A stretch of DNA of 63,361 bases, counting the filler, from Salisapilia sapeloensis CBS 127946 (lineage: Eukaryota; Protista; Oomycota), in NCBI GenBank assembly GCA_023334545.1. It is 10 parts of 10 records of this genome, joined end to end, with 100 filler letters (N's around TTAATTAATTAA, not from the genome) between each part and the next. Parts side by side here need not be neighbours in the genome. Positions count along the whole stretch, not along the records: positions 25,377 to 42,901 come from JAADVB010000339.1; positions 43,002 to 48,308 come from JAADVB010000625.1; 8 more parts are not named here. One strand, given 5' to 3'. The position numbers and the translations under genes were made by a program. The first letter of the stretch is position 1. The number at the start of each line of letters is the position of its first letter. Of this stretch, positions 35,249 to 47,390 are shown piece after piece. Below the pieces are notes generated by a model, which did no database searches, was not told where the DNA came from, and saw nothing but the letters and a program-made list of their open reading frames with translations.

Positions 35249-36965
35249 ATGCCAAGTGGAGACATGAGCACTCCGTTGCCACCGCAGGTCTTCCCGGCCA
35301 GAAGTACTTCTGTACGAAGTACGAAACCTTCCATGGCGACCATGGAAGGCAAGAGTCTATTCACGTGTCATGAATGTGGTGCGCTCTTAAAATTCAAGTC
35401 CAGCGATACCTCTATCGAAGGTAGACAGTCTATACATCTCCAATATAACCTCGTTTATTCAAACTTGCATAGGCAAATTGAAACAATTTCGGGATATAGC
35501 GTTCACACATCCAGCTCCGACGTCGTCCGAGACGACGGAAGGAGAGATGGATGACAGTAGTTCAGACGAAACAGACATCTCCTATCTAGCCAGTCGACCC
35601 AAGGAAGACAAGGCTCTCCATCCTCACGCAGCTATCGTCCCGGAGCTCGTGTGGGAGATGCAGACCAAGCAGCAGCAGCTCGACGGAGAGCACAAGTGGG
35701 CTCCAGCGCCCTTGGACTCGGTTACAGGATCCGCTGGCTTTAAGAGCTCCAATCGAGGGCTCGTTGGACAGTCTATCAACGACGTCGTGCCACCGAGGCT
35801 GTTGAATAAGCCTCGTCTGTGGCTTAGCGAATGGGAAGTTGATCGATCCGTCTCGGTGATGGACGACGAAGGATGGGAATACGCTTCCGACGTTGAGTCG
35901 TTTGGAAAAGAAGTGGAAGAACCTCTAGCACGACGACGGAGGTGGATGCGGCATCGACAGATTGACGGCGACGACTTGAGCTGGTTCCAAGAGCTCGTCG
36001 ACTGCAGCTCTTTCACCATGAACAAGCGCACGCCGTCCTGTCACGACTGTGAGCTAGTGTATTTATCGTCTCTCCAAGAAACCTTTGATAAGCTACAGAA
36101 GGAGCAGGAGCAGTACCAAGCCTTCATCTCGGACTCGACGACCCACGTCACGACGATGGAGGACGACGATGATCTCGATGAAGACGACGACTGGAAACTC
36201 ACGGCGTTGGAACTTGAACTCGAAGAGGAGGAGAGGCAGCTAGCGACGGAACTGTCGGGACTAGAAGCCGAGACGTGGACGCTCCAGCGACAGCGAGAGG
36301 AGCTCTGGGGAACTGGGAAAGAGATGGAGGAGCTCATCCACGGCACCTTCTCGGAAGGTGCGTTCCTCCAGCACCTGCTTGGACTCAGTCGAGACGAACG
36401 CCATAGCGTCACCGTCTTCTCCGTCCAACTATCCGAGAGTCTTCGGATGCTGCAGCGCTACGGCGTCTTCAACGACTGTTTCCACATTTGGCATGACGGT
36501 GTCTTTGGTACGATCAACGGCCTTCGACTTGGTCGTATGCCATCGAAACCAGTGGACTGGGCGGAGATTAATGCTGGTATCGGCCACTGCGTCCTGTTGC
36601 TCGCGACGATCGTCAAGCGAGCGGGTATGGCGTTCCCCAAGAGCAAATTGATACCTCGTGGTAGCTTTTCTCGCATCGTGAACATGTATGGGAAGGAGTA
36701 CAATTTGTATTGTGATGGCGGGATGTTCCGAAGACGAGGGTTTAACCAAGCCATGTCGTTGTTGCTTGAATGTGTCGACGACGCTGGCAAAGGAGCCATG
36801 CGCGATGACCCGAGTTTGCGGTTTCCGTATAAGATCCAACGAGGGAAGATTGGTGACTTGTCCATTTCTCTCGGGAACGATGAACAGTGGACGAAAGCAC
36901 TCAAGTACATGCTGACGCACCTCAAGTGGCTAGTCGTGTGGGTCTCGAAGAAGTACCCTTCGTAA
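35249..36965 (+). CDS. ATG6: Beclin-1/Atg6/Vps30 with an inserted DysF-like segment
   Basis: N-terminal FTCHEC, PSCHDC, acidic coiled coil, BARA FHIWHDGVFGTINGLRLGR...WAEINAGIG, WTKALKYMLTHLKW. Confidence 0.92.
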
Positions 36966-37199
36966 GAAAGAACATGGTGTATAGTCTTTTTCTTTTCTTT
37001 TGCATGTTGAAGTTGGAACACGTCAGCGAAACGTTTGTGGAGACCGAGCACGATGGCGGTAGGGAGGATACATACTGTCTTTTGGTCGAATGAGTTGGAA
37101 TGAAATGTGCGTATGTGGTTGTTTAGGCCTCAGACCAATTGCCGACATTACTGGTATGCTTAGGAGATGAGTTCCTTAGACTGCATGCCGATTCATTGT

Positions 37200-38335
37200 C
37201 GATACGATACAGGGTAGTGCATCCGCTGGGATGATCGGACGCGTATTTTGCCATCCAATTGATACGATCAAAGCTCGGCTGCAGGTATATCCTTTGCAAT
37301 CGACTAGATGCATTCTATTTGGATATTAAGCATCGGACTAGGCGTCAGCATCCACACAAACACTTGTATCTCTCCGCCAGCTCTCGTACCTTATTCCATA
37401 TCCACAACGATAGCACTTGCAATTACATGTCTATCTATCTACAGAACCAGCCAACTTCGAGGTCTATATCGGGGCCTTGGTGTCAGTATGATCGGCTCTG
37501 CGCCTGCCACTTGCCTATACCTGACATCCTACGAAGTGTCAAAAGACTTTTTCCAGTTTAAAGATTCAGTGTTTACCACATACCCATCTCTACTCTACCT
37601 GGGCTCCGGTATGATGGCTGAAACTATCAGCTGTGTCTTCTGGGTACCTATCGATGTCGTGAAAGAGCGCATGCAAGTGCAGCAAAAGACGAGCGGAGGC
37701 GTGTACTATCGCTCTACCTACCATGCCTTTGATACGATCTTCAAGAACGAAGGACTAAACGGTCTATATAGAGGCTACGGCGCGACCTTACTTTCCTTTG
37801 GTCCATTCTCGGCTCTCTACTTTCTCTTATATGAAAAGGTAGAGCCATCTCGCAGCTCTAGACATAAATTTCTCCTTCTCACCTCCTATCCTCTAGAACA
37901 AAGCATGGCTAAAGGTGTACACGAAGCAAGAGGATTTATCTCCAACAGCTTCACTAGTCGGAGCTGCGACAGCAGGTGCTGCCGCCTCTTTCATCACCAA
38001 TCCTCTAGACCTTGTCAAGCTCCGTCTTCAAGTACATGCTGCCTAGCTACAACGACTGCGTTTATACTTATTATATCCACAGGTCCAACGAGCATATACG
38101 TCGGAGACTGCCCCGAGTGCTTACACTGGTGTCATGAATGGACTCTTGACAGTCGTCCGGTACCATCTCTCTGTCTCCATGTACTAGCAACGTACTAATA
38201 AAGAGTAGCACGGAAGGAATCCGAGCTTTATTCAAAGGTGCAGGCGCTCGCATCGCCTTCCATACACCATCGACGGCCATCACCATGTCTTTATTCGAAA
38301 CCTGCCGTCGCTTCTTCCAACACCAACTCGAATAA
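37200..38335 (+). CDS. Mitochondrial carrier (SLC25) protein, multi-exon; start approximate
   Basis: PIDTIKARLQ, PIDVVKERMQ, PLDLVKLRLQ signatures; GLYRG motifs. Confidence 0.9.
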
Positions 38336-38355
38336 GAACACAAGACATTTCATTT

Positions 38356-40368
38356 TCATTCCTCTTCCTTTACTTGCTTCACGTCCATTAAGCGCAACTG
38401 ACCATCTCGATACTCCAACACTTCCCTTTCCTCGACATTCACACTCTCCATCTTGTCTTCAAACGCAGCTTCTTCCACTTGCTCCGTCCTGTACTCGTCC
38501 AGCCGATCATCCAAATCTTCCTCTGCCTCTTTACTAATCTGAACGGTGTTGTACTCGCCTGCTTCCGCGGCAGGTCCACCAGCATCCCAATGCGCCATTA
38601 GCAACGGACAGTCATCATGCAGGCGTAACTCCAGGACACATCCTTCTGTAATGCCATGCTCGTCTAGTGTCAAGACGTTCGTCTCGTCGCCAATGACCGT
38701 GTCTCCCCAGTACAGTTGCTGGTCAAAGACAGAGAGCTGTTGCTCCGTCAACTCTTCCATGCAGTACTTGATAAAGTTGACCGTATGCTGCGGTTGGACA
38801 TCCACCAGTAGCATCTCACTCACTTCTTCTTCATCCTGATCTTCCGACCGGAGGAACTCGAGTTCTAATGCCACACGAGGCAAGGTCGCGACGGCAGATG
38901 GAATACGCAAGTAGACGCTAAAGACTTCCTTCTGGCCTTGTTCCTCCTTCTGGACAAGTCGTCGACTGATGCGTCGACGCGTCGGGGACGTATCCCGGTC
39001 ACTCGCGTCGCGCTTTCGAACGCGAGACCGACCACGTTCGGTCGAGACAGACTTTTCGCCTGGAGGAGGAGGAGATAGAGATGAGCTAACAGGACTCTGC
39101 TCTGGTGGAGGAGATCGATGACTGCCTTCCAGTAGATGCCTCGTCGGCGCACCAATCGGAAGCTGGACAGGAACCTCCATCTCCACCTGTCGCCGGCCGT
39201 TCGGACCAGTAAACTGCACCTCTCGAGTACGCACGGCAGTCCCAGGGACTTCGTGATGGACGCCATAGCAGGCGCCACTGACCCAACAGACATACCGAGC
39301 ATCAGCTGTGAGCTTCTTCCGATCGCACTGGTCAAATGTACAGATGTGAGGCGTGCCATGGCGACGACAGGCAAAGATGCCGTCGTCCAGGAACTGGAAC
39401 TTGCCTTTGCAAGAGCTCTTACAGCAGTCCGCCGCTGCTGCCAAGGCAAACTGGTGTTTATCGTCTCCTAATGTAATCTCACTTTCGACTAGTTCCGTGC
39501 TGCCTTCGTGCTGTAGACTGTCAAAGATCCAGCTCTGTACGAGCGCACAAGCTCGCATAGGACAGACCTTTCTATCCATCTCTGGTGCTTCTGGAGCACT
39601 TGTACACAACTCATCACAGGCATGGAGATATTTATGTAGTAAGCAAACAAAGACACGTCGACGAGAAGAGCCGAGACATTCTAAGTCACGATCCATGGTG
39701 ACAATCTTCCCACATTCCGTACCAGTGCACACTCGCCCGTTCTCAAAACGCAGGTCGGTCGCGTTTAGACCGAGTAGCTTGCTCCATTCAGGTATACGAT
39801 CCATCACGTCTGTCTTGTGCTTGACTCGTGCCATCCATTCCAAGGACGCAAAGTCGCGAGAACCTTCGACGGCTGCGTGAGTCTTCACCTTCTCCTCCGG
39901 CATATCTCCAGTCGCCCACTCGGCTAACTGCGCATCATATTGAGCACGTGAAACAGGGTCACGGAGCGTTTCGTAGGCGAGACGAAGCTGCGCAAATGCT
40001 GTTTCGTACTTGGTAGTCGATTCGGAGGTAGATCGACGTTTATCAGGATGGACTTGGAGTGCTAGTTTCCGAAATTGGCGACGAACGTCTTCAGAAGTGA
40101 CGTTCTGACGGTCCCCTATCTGTAGCAATGAGTAAAAGTCCTTCTTGTCCGTCGTGACTTCGTCAGAAGAGGTCTGGTATGGGTTCCAGGACATGGTGAG
40201 CGCTTTTAAACGTTGCTGGACAGCACGCCAGTCACCACCTGCAACATTGTCGCGCAGTTGCCGACGCAAAGTACGAGCATCAGTAGATAGAAGAGCGCCA
40301 CGTGCTTCTAAGACGGCGATTTCTGCTAGTAACTTGCGTACATTGCGAGATGCCTCGTTTGTTGCCAT
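38356..40368 (-). CDS. DnaJ-domain protein with two Cys/His clusters and a ubiquitin-like domain
   Basis: DFYSLL...LALQVHPDK...AYETLRDP; CxxHxxxHxC motifs; TVNFIK...QQLYWG...LTLDEHGITEGCVLEL. Confidence 0.85.
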   Translation of the reverse strand: MATNEASRNVRKLLAEIAVLEARGALLSTDARTLRRQLRDNVAGGDWRAVQQRLKALTMSWNPYQTSSDEVTTDKKDFYSLLQIGDRQNVTSEDVRRQFRKLALQVHPDKRRSTSESTTKYETAFAQLRLAYETLRDPVSRAQYDAQLAEWATGDMPEEKVKTHAAVEGSRDFASLEWMARVKHKTDVMDRIPEWSKLLGLNATDLRFENGRVCTGTECGKIVTMDRDLECLGSSRRRVFVCLLHKYLHACDELCTSAPEAPEMDRKVCPMRACALVQSWIFDSLQHEGSTELVESEITLGDDKHQFALAAAADCCKSSCKGKFQFLDDGIFACRRHGTPHICTFDQCDRKKLTADARYVCWVSGACYGVHHEVPGTAVRTREVQFTGPNGRRQVEMEVPVQLPIGAPTRHLLEGSHRSPPPEQSPVSSSLSPPPPGEKSVSTERGRSRVRKRDASDRDTSPTRRRISRRLVQKEEQGQKEVFSVYLRIPSAVATLPRVALELEFLRSEDQDEEEVSEMLLVDVQPQHTVNFIKYCMEELTEQQLSVFDQQLYWGDTVIGDETNVLTLDEHGITEGCVLELRLHDDCPLLMAHWDAGGPAAEAGEYNTVQISKEAEEDLDDRLDEYRTEQVEEAAFEDKMESVNVEEREVLEYRDGQLRLMDVKQVKEEE

Positions 40369-41177
40369 TTTTCAACACCTTAAAAAGCGAATAGAAAAGC
40401 AAAAGAAAGCTGGGATATAAGCTTTCGGCTTGAAGAGTAGCCAGGAGAAGTTTCAGGACCAGAAGAGCTCTCGATGAGATGCTACTCGGCGCAAAAGTCG
40501 GTAAGTGGTCTCTCCTGATCGACTGCTAGGAACTGCTTCTTAGCGTTCATTTTTATCTTATACAAGACAAATTTGCTGTTTATTTTCCGGTTTTATACAA
40601 TTTATAGGTGTAGCGTCTTATATTATTAGGTGGTATATGATGTAACCATCGTTTTTGTAGCTTTTTGAAAGTAGCAGAAACTTTGGGATACATTTGATCG
40701 AGATGCACCTGCACGATATCGCTGTTCACGCTACTTTCAACGTCGTTCACATTTGAGTGTAATGAAAGAGCATTCTATTGTCTGTATGCTCCAACTCTTG
40801 TTCCAATCCGAGTAGCAACTATTATACCTAAACCTACCTCATGGACAGCTCCTTTCACTTCAAGTTACTGATCGTCTTTCGATGGCATCAATCCTAGCAG
40901 AGACTCTTGATATATAGCAAGTACAGAATGGAACCAATCAGCTACAGATTTTTGTTCAGTTCATGCCTTTTAAGAGCGTCCTACGTTTTTATTGATCTTT
41001 TCGCGCACAAACTGTTGGTTTTCGTTTAATGTTATGGAGTACGCAAAAGAGATAGCTTTATTTCCACTGCTTGGGTTGATATGATTAAGCTCAAGTAGTT
41101 AATTATCAACAAACTTTTGCCTTTTACATAGTCCCAATAGTTTGCTGATAAACATCAGCAGTATACTATATAAAACT

Positions 41178-41400
41178 ATGGTAATTTCCATGTTTCCATA
41201 TATCTTTTTGGCGCTTGCTTCCATCACATATACGCAATGGGATTTTTGATGTGTACTACTATACCTTCACGGCCTTGCAATCGTGGGTTAGGATCTATCC
41301 AGCAACTATAAACTTCCTCACATCCAGAAGTTTTCAGTGATGTAGCCGCCGATGCCGGGAATGACGATGGGAGCGCACTGGCCTCGACTTCAAGTTATCA
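41178..41400 (+). pseudogene. Degenerate tandem paralogue of the small secreted Cys-rich protein
   Basis: Signal-like MVISMFPYIFLALAS; GATCTATCCAGCAACTATAAACTTCC resembles GACCCAAACAACAATTGTGAGTTTCC of 41517-41852; internal stops. Confidence 0.4.
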
Positions 41401-41516
41401 ATCACACTCTGACAGTCAACTAATTTAATGGACAATACATTCTTTTATATTTGCATCTCCTATAATTACGCCAGCTGAAGTGGAAGCGGAAGAAATCAAA
41501 AGTCGCAGAAGACGTC

Positions 41517-41852
41517 ATGGCTCTCAAGTACATCGCGATATTCTTTACCTTGGTACTTCTCACTGCTGTGAGAGGAATGGACTTTTGCACGGAGGATCTC
41601 CAAATTTGCCCGGATGGCACACCACTTGAACGTGACCCAAACAACAATTGTGAGTTTCCACCATGCCCCCAAGTAGGTGGCAGCAGTAGCCCAAGCACGG
41701 GAAGCGCCTCTGGCGACAGTAGTGGGAGTACAGCACATTGCAATGCAACAAATGATGCTTCTAGTGGTAAAGGTGCCACTAAACCCACCTATAGCACCGG
41801 TAAAGGTGGTGTAAACGCCGATTCAAATGGTGTGAGCAAACCGGCGAACTAG
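41517..41852 (+). CDS. Small secreted Cys-rich protein (111 aa) with Ser/Gly-rich tail
   Basis: Signal MALKYIAIFFTLVLLTAVRG, then CTEDLQICPDGTPLERDPNNNCEFPPCP. Confidence 0.75.
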   Translation: MALKYIAIFFTLVLLTAVRGMDFCTEDLQICPDGTPLERDPNNNCEFPPCPQVGGSSSPSTGSASGDSSGSTAHCNATNDASSGKGATKPTYSTGKGGVNADSNGVSKPAN

Positions 41853-42686
41853 GCGCTCTAAGTCAACGAGAGCCACCCGGACGAAACCACTACATGCAAT
41901 TGATGCTTTTAAGTAGGTGTCAGACTTCACATCGCAAATATACGCGCAAAGTTTAGTTCTCCGCATTTTAATTGCCTTGTTTACTTCTACAAGTACGGCT
42001 ACCTCCTTTATCCAGATAGATCTACTCCATTTATCCTTTTTCATCCTCTGTGTATCGAACTTTCAAAGCAAAAGATTCCTTCTGTGGGATAGCATTCCAT
42101 TTTCTGGAGTTTATAATAGCTAGGTATGCAGTTTGAATGCCAAAGCGCTCCGACGGAACTGTGGGATAGCACAACTGAAATACCGAGTACGTACATGCAG
42201 AGTAAGGAAAGCTGCCTTTAAATGCAGTGCTAACGATAGCAAAGTGGAAGCTTATAAAGGTAGGGCAGGAGCGAACGTTACCAATTATCGGAAGAGCTTA
42301 CCCGACAATACGTGCTCATGCTTTCTTTCACTATAATGTTCTATATTTATATCATCTACTACACGTTGTTAATGTCGTTCGATTCCGTTGAAGAGAAGCA
42401 GGATTTGTATTAACAGGGGCTTCCTTCGCTACTTGTTCGTATCACAAACTGCTCGCTACCCTACGAAGGCTCCATGCAGCTACTATGAAAATCACCCACG
42501 CTGATGTCGAACCTTTGGAATCCAGGAATTTCGTCGATCGTACCTCTCCTTACATACAACAGATCGAACGACCTATGATTACATGGCTTCTATCAAGTTG
42601 CAAGGTGGTAACTACAAGCAAATCCCTTGCCGATCCTATCATCGCTCATTCCTAAATTCACTCGCTCTTGAGAACATATACGCATC

Positions 42687-42901
42687 ATGGACTTTAAGAC
42701 ACTCGCTTCCATTGCGCTCATTTTAGCCATCGCGCATGCCGAAGACTCGCTTTCAAACAATGAAGATGGATCGGTTTTCGTCCTAGGCGGGTGGGAGGAA
42801 GTGGAGAACATGGAGGAGGCTACTCGCTTGGTGTATGCAGCGGTTGGCGAACAGGAAACAGAGTGGGTTGGCAATACGACGGAGTACAAGGGAAACTTGT
42901 G
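42687..42901 (+). CDS. Secreted protein, possibly cystatin-like (EPIC-type); truncated by the contig end
   Basis: Signal peptide then VLGGWEEV...EATRLVYAAVG; the diagnostic QxVxG would lie beyond the break. Confidence 0.45.
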
Positions 42902-43001
42902 NNNNNNNNNNNNNNNNNNNNNNNNNNNNNNNNNNNNNNNNNNNNTTAATTAATTAANNNNNNNNNNNNNNNNNNNNNNNNNNNNNNNNNNNNNNNNNNN
43001 N

Positions 43002-43142
43002 ATGGCTACATGCAGCCGCAACAGGGCTACGGCTATGCGCCACCTCCACCAGGCTACCGACGAGGTTACTAGACAGTCTCCAGATCATTCTCAAGTCGAA
43101 TGACGTAGGGTCCCATCGGACTCGTGTACAGATAGAAACCAC
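43002..43142 (+). repeat. Left arm of a perfect 141-bp inverted repeat; encodes ...GYMQPQQGYGYAPPPPGYRRGY*
   Basis: Exact reverse complement of 48168-48308. Confidence 0.97.
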
Positions 43143-43199
43143 CAATAACAGAACGCATGCATGTGGAATGAAAGAATGAAAAGAACGATATTCTTAAGG

Positions 43200-44277
43200 C
43201 TAAAACTCTTTTCCTTGTGGTGGTGCATGCAGCGGATAACGCGTAGGTGTCTGGATGCCATTGAGAACAGTCAATCCAATGTACAGCAGGAAGAGGAAGA
43301 AGGCTCCAAACAGCAGACCAGCAAGGACTTGCGGTGTCATTCGGACATAGTGTGAAAAGCAGTACGCTTCGCCTGTCGCTTTACGTCCAACGATAAATCC
43401 TTGTGGACATACCATGACCTCTTCATCCGTCTCCTCTTCTTCTTCACTCGACGCAGCATCAAACGCTTCATCCGCTTTCGTTGTCTCGACCACTTTTTCC
43501 ACTTCAGCCGTCCACTCATCCTGGAGCCTTCTGTCCATACGCAGAGGCTTGATGAAGTCACTCGTGAAAGCGAAATCCACTTTCTTCATCGTCCGCTCTT
43601 CCAAGTCCTTAGCGATTTTCTCCATCTCTCTATTCATATCCTTCGACTCGTCCAAAGTCACGACGAGAACGTTCGTGATGGCGTCGTGAAGATAGATGTG
43701 CGCTTCGTCAGACGTGATAAAGTGTTGGAAAGAAGAGGAAGAGATAGATTTGAATGGAGAATCATTCGAGAAAGACGTCGAGCGGATGGTATGTGGGAGG
43801 GAGATGGAGGAAATAGAGGTCGTCACTGCTTTCGAGAGGAAAGGGAACTGCTCCATATTGATAGATGACGATGGGAGGGACGGATGAAGGAATACACACA
43901 AGACTTCCGCCTGAGGAAAGTAGATCTCGTTATGATTGAGCACAGTCTACATGGACATGAGTATGGATACGAAAGACTAGCTTATAATACATGTACATGA
44001 GGATCCACATTGAGATTACGACTGGCCGTGCTCTTCAGTGTCTGGATAACATCGGCCGTATCCATCTCGGCATCCGAGTAGACGTTTTTACCTGGGAACA
44101 TGCTACAAATCCATTAATTCCGTCGCTCGAAAGATACCCACTGCATGTTCCTTACGGTCGTTGCGACCACATCATGAGAGGTACATGAGGATAAGCTACT
44201 TGATCATCCGTAACACCCGCTACAACCGACGTGGCAGTCACCAGTGCCGCACACAGCGCCACGACTTGTCGGATCAT
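43200..44277 (-). CDS. V-ATPase accessory subunit Ac45/VOA1-like type I membrane protein, multi-exon
   Basis: Signal MIRQVVALCAALVTATSVVA; C-terminal MTPQVLAGLLFGAFFLFLLYIGLTVLNGIQTPTRY. Confidence 0.65.
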
Positions 44278-44577
44278 TTCGGTCGTTTTACCTCTTCTTT
44301 TCCGTCCTTTGTCTTCTTCACAAATTGACCTCTTTGAGTATACAAAAAGCAAGTCTAAAGCGAGCTGCTTAAACACCAAAGATTCAGATCCGCCTTTTAG
44401 CCTTGCTTTGAGTAAGTTGATCGCGTCCTTATCTGCTCTTCTCTACGCGCATGTGCTTTTACGAGTACTTGCGTTTAGATAAAGCGATTCTCCCGTCTCT
44501 CGACTATGTACTGATATGCAGTTTATTTGTTCACGTAGCTGTAACACTTTACTAGGACCGAGTCAACTGTAGCTAAA

Positions 44578-45570
44578 ATGTCATCTATTCTCGCGTCCCT
44601 TGATATGAGTCTTGATGACTTGATCTCGAAGAAGAAACAGAAGCCGTCGAATCCGGACTCCAAGGCAAACAACAGCAAGCCAAAGAAGGCTGCGACTACC
44701 AAGCAGCAGGGAGGCGCCGGTCCCGTCCGCGCTGGTGGTCGTGCTCAGCGCAGCCGCCGTCGCAACCAGCCTTATGCTCGTAACAGAGGAGGCGAAGCGA
44801 TGGAGGTTGATGACATGGACGAGGACTTTGTGCCGCAGGAAGTCAAGGATTCCGGTCGAGCTGGTCCGAAGAAAGGAGCCAAGCCGAATAAAAAAGGTAG
44901 ACGATATAGCTCTCCATGCACTCTGTCAAGTACTTGATACCGTGGAACCTAGGAGCGAACTCGATTCTCAATCGACTGGGCGAAGCGAACGATGGCAAGA
45001 AGAAGGATCTAGGTACCAAGGTGCTCGTGCGCAACTTGAAATTCAACGTTCTTGAGGACGAAGTCAAGGAGCTCTTCGGTACTGTCGGTAAGATCAGCAA
45101 GGCCGAGATCGTGTACGACAAGTCTGGTCGATCCAAAGGCATGGCTCGCGTCTGGTTCGCCCGTCGTGCAGACGCGGAGAAAGCCATCAAGCAGTATGAC
45201 GGTACGTCTATCGCTGATTGAATATACAAGAAGAAAACTCACGCCTCTGTAGGTCGTACGCTGGACAACCAGCCGATGAGCATCGCTTTGGACGACAAGG
45301 ACGACCGTGGCAACGTCCGCAACGGTCTCTTCGGCACGGCTCTCGGCGGCCGACAACGCGATGATGTCCAGTTCAACGTCTCTCTCGGGTCTCTCCTGTC
45401 GTCATTTCATGTACAAAAGTGATACTGATTCGTGTGAACCATAGTAACAAGAGCGGTGGTCGTCGTCGACGCAATCGGTACGTTTCTTCCGCCTCTGGTA
45501 CCTGTCTATCGTTATTGATGTAGATGATAGTGGCAACCGAGGCAATGGCATGGATGTGGATATGGACTAG
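44578..45570 (+). CDS. ALYREF: mRNA export adaptor ALYREF/THOC4/Yra1-like, multi-exon
   Basis: LDMSLDDLI box; RRM TKVLVRNLKFNV...YDKSGRSKGMARVWF...AEKAIKQYDG. Confidence 0.85.
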
Positions 45571-46017
45571 ATCGACGAACAAGACTGGCATGTCTGGAAG
45601 AAGGCCTCCTTTTCGTATTTCTTTTTTACGCCATGTGCAGCTCCTCTATGCAGAAAACAATTCACTTTTGACGACACCCGGTCGTCATCTCCTCTTGAAC
45701 CTCCACCATTTCGTCTTACTTTGTTCCAAGATTAAAGGATTCTGCCGTGGATGGCGAGGATGAAGCATTTGGTAGATTAACAGGCAGCTATCAGGTCTAC
45801 ATCAAATGGAGACGACGCGAGATATGTCGTCTCGATGATACAGACCGATAGTATGCACCTCCTGGTCACGTATAAGTGGGAACGGATGGAAGAGTTAATC
45901 CGATTCCGGACTGACCTGGAGACACAAGTCGATAAGCTGCTGCCGATGAATCGGATAAAGGCGAATCAGAGCCATCCACTAGGATCCGTCGTATGTAAAG
46001 AAATGTATTGTATACAG

Positions 46018-47179
46018 CTATTCTTTCGGGTAGATTTGGTAAAGGAAGAGGCTGTCGAAACCAGCCTGGACCTGTTGTTCCTGTCGACTATCGTGGCTGA
46101 CACTACCGGATAATGAGAATGGGAGAAAAGAGGTTTTCGGAATCAATCGAGCTTCCATGTTCCATTGGGCCAGTTGAGGGGCAATGGAATAATTTAAACT
46201 AGTACGATGTGAGTGACTGGATGGCGTGTGAACGCTGGAAGAAGAATACCTTCGTAGTTGATACGTCACGTAGAAAGAGGTGGATGCTTGCCGACATTTG
46301 AAGATGAGTGCGACGGTTGCCAATACCTTTTCGAAATCTACACAAGTATGAATAAACACATTCAGCTTTTATAATCAATACAAGCACATACCCTCTGGGT
46401 TGTAGAAGCAATCAGCAGCGAGAATGATGTCGACTGAAGACAGTAATGTGAGCTGGTCAGCGCTTAGATTGACTTGACCCCAATCCAGACCAGAGTACGT
46501 TGCGACGTTCATTAGTTTATTCGCTTCGATCGTCGACTCTACGTTGCCCTCAATCGTCACCGAGTCGTCTCGATCCGTTAAGTAGACCTGCCATTGGTGA
46601 TATATCAGTACAAGACCTTGCATAGAACGAAAAAAATAAAACCTTTTTCGGATTTCCACATTTGGCGGCTAAGAGACCTGGCAACGCTGTGCCACAGCCC
46701 AACTCGAGGACGGTCTTGTTCGAGAATAAAGACCGATTGTGCGCTGCGACAAAGTACGCGAGGAGTAGTGCGGACTGCCATACGAACAAGCCATAGCGTT
46801 CTACTTCATCGACGGAATTGGACGAGACTTCTTTCAACGATGGCAGGTGCGTATCACCCAAGAGCTCTACGATCTTGACATCCACGATATCCGGCAAGTT
46901 TGCTTTGGCAGGCGTAAAACTTTCCGATGCAGTCGTGCTGGTTTGAGCGCGCTGCTTTAAAGGTGGAGAGCATCCGGATCGGTCACCTGACAGTCGACGA
47001 CGTTTGTGTCGTTTTGTAGATTGACAAAGCGGGATGCTCGCCTCTTCCGAGGTCGTCTGTGTGCTACTTGGCGGTGGCAGTTGCAACACTGGTGGCTCAT
47101 CTTGTGTAGGCACATGTGATGGGAGAACAGGAAATCGGTAGGTGGACGTACAACGTCCTGTTGGCGACGCAGGTTCCAT
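46018..47179 (-). CDS. METTL23-like (Methyltransf_16) protein methyltransferase, multi-exon
   Basis: YGLFVWQSALLLA...KTVLELGCGTALPGL; LDWG...DIILAADCFY. Confidence 0.8.
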
Positions 47180-47390
47180 GTACGCCGTCTCCAAGTCTGG
47201 TCGTAGTTGTGTGAGTTTGACAATGATATTTCTGTAGATAGGTTACACGAAGGTCGCTCTCTAGGATTCAACACCCAGGATCATCTGACTGGCCGAAATT
47301 TAAAATTTTATCCAATACGAGCATCCAGCGATCTCCCATTCTCCGCCACTTGCTTTAGATCAAGAACATCGATCTACTTTTCGAATCAAC

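Noticed and set aside
42415-42600. Possible cystatin remnant upstream of 42687
   Set aside because: Only a vague VRITNCSLPYEGS resemblance; not enough to call
45590-46016. Possible extra small gene between ALYREF and the methyltransferase
   Set aside because: Protein-like stretches exist, but I could not build a consistent spliced frame
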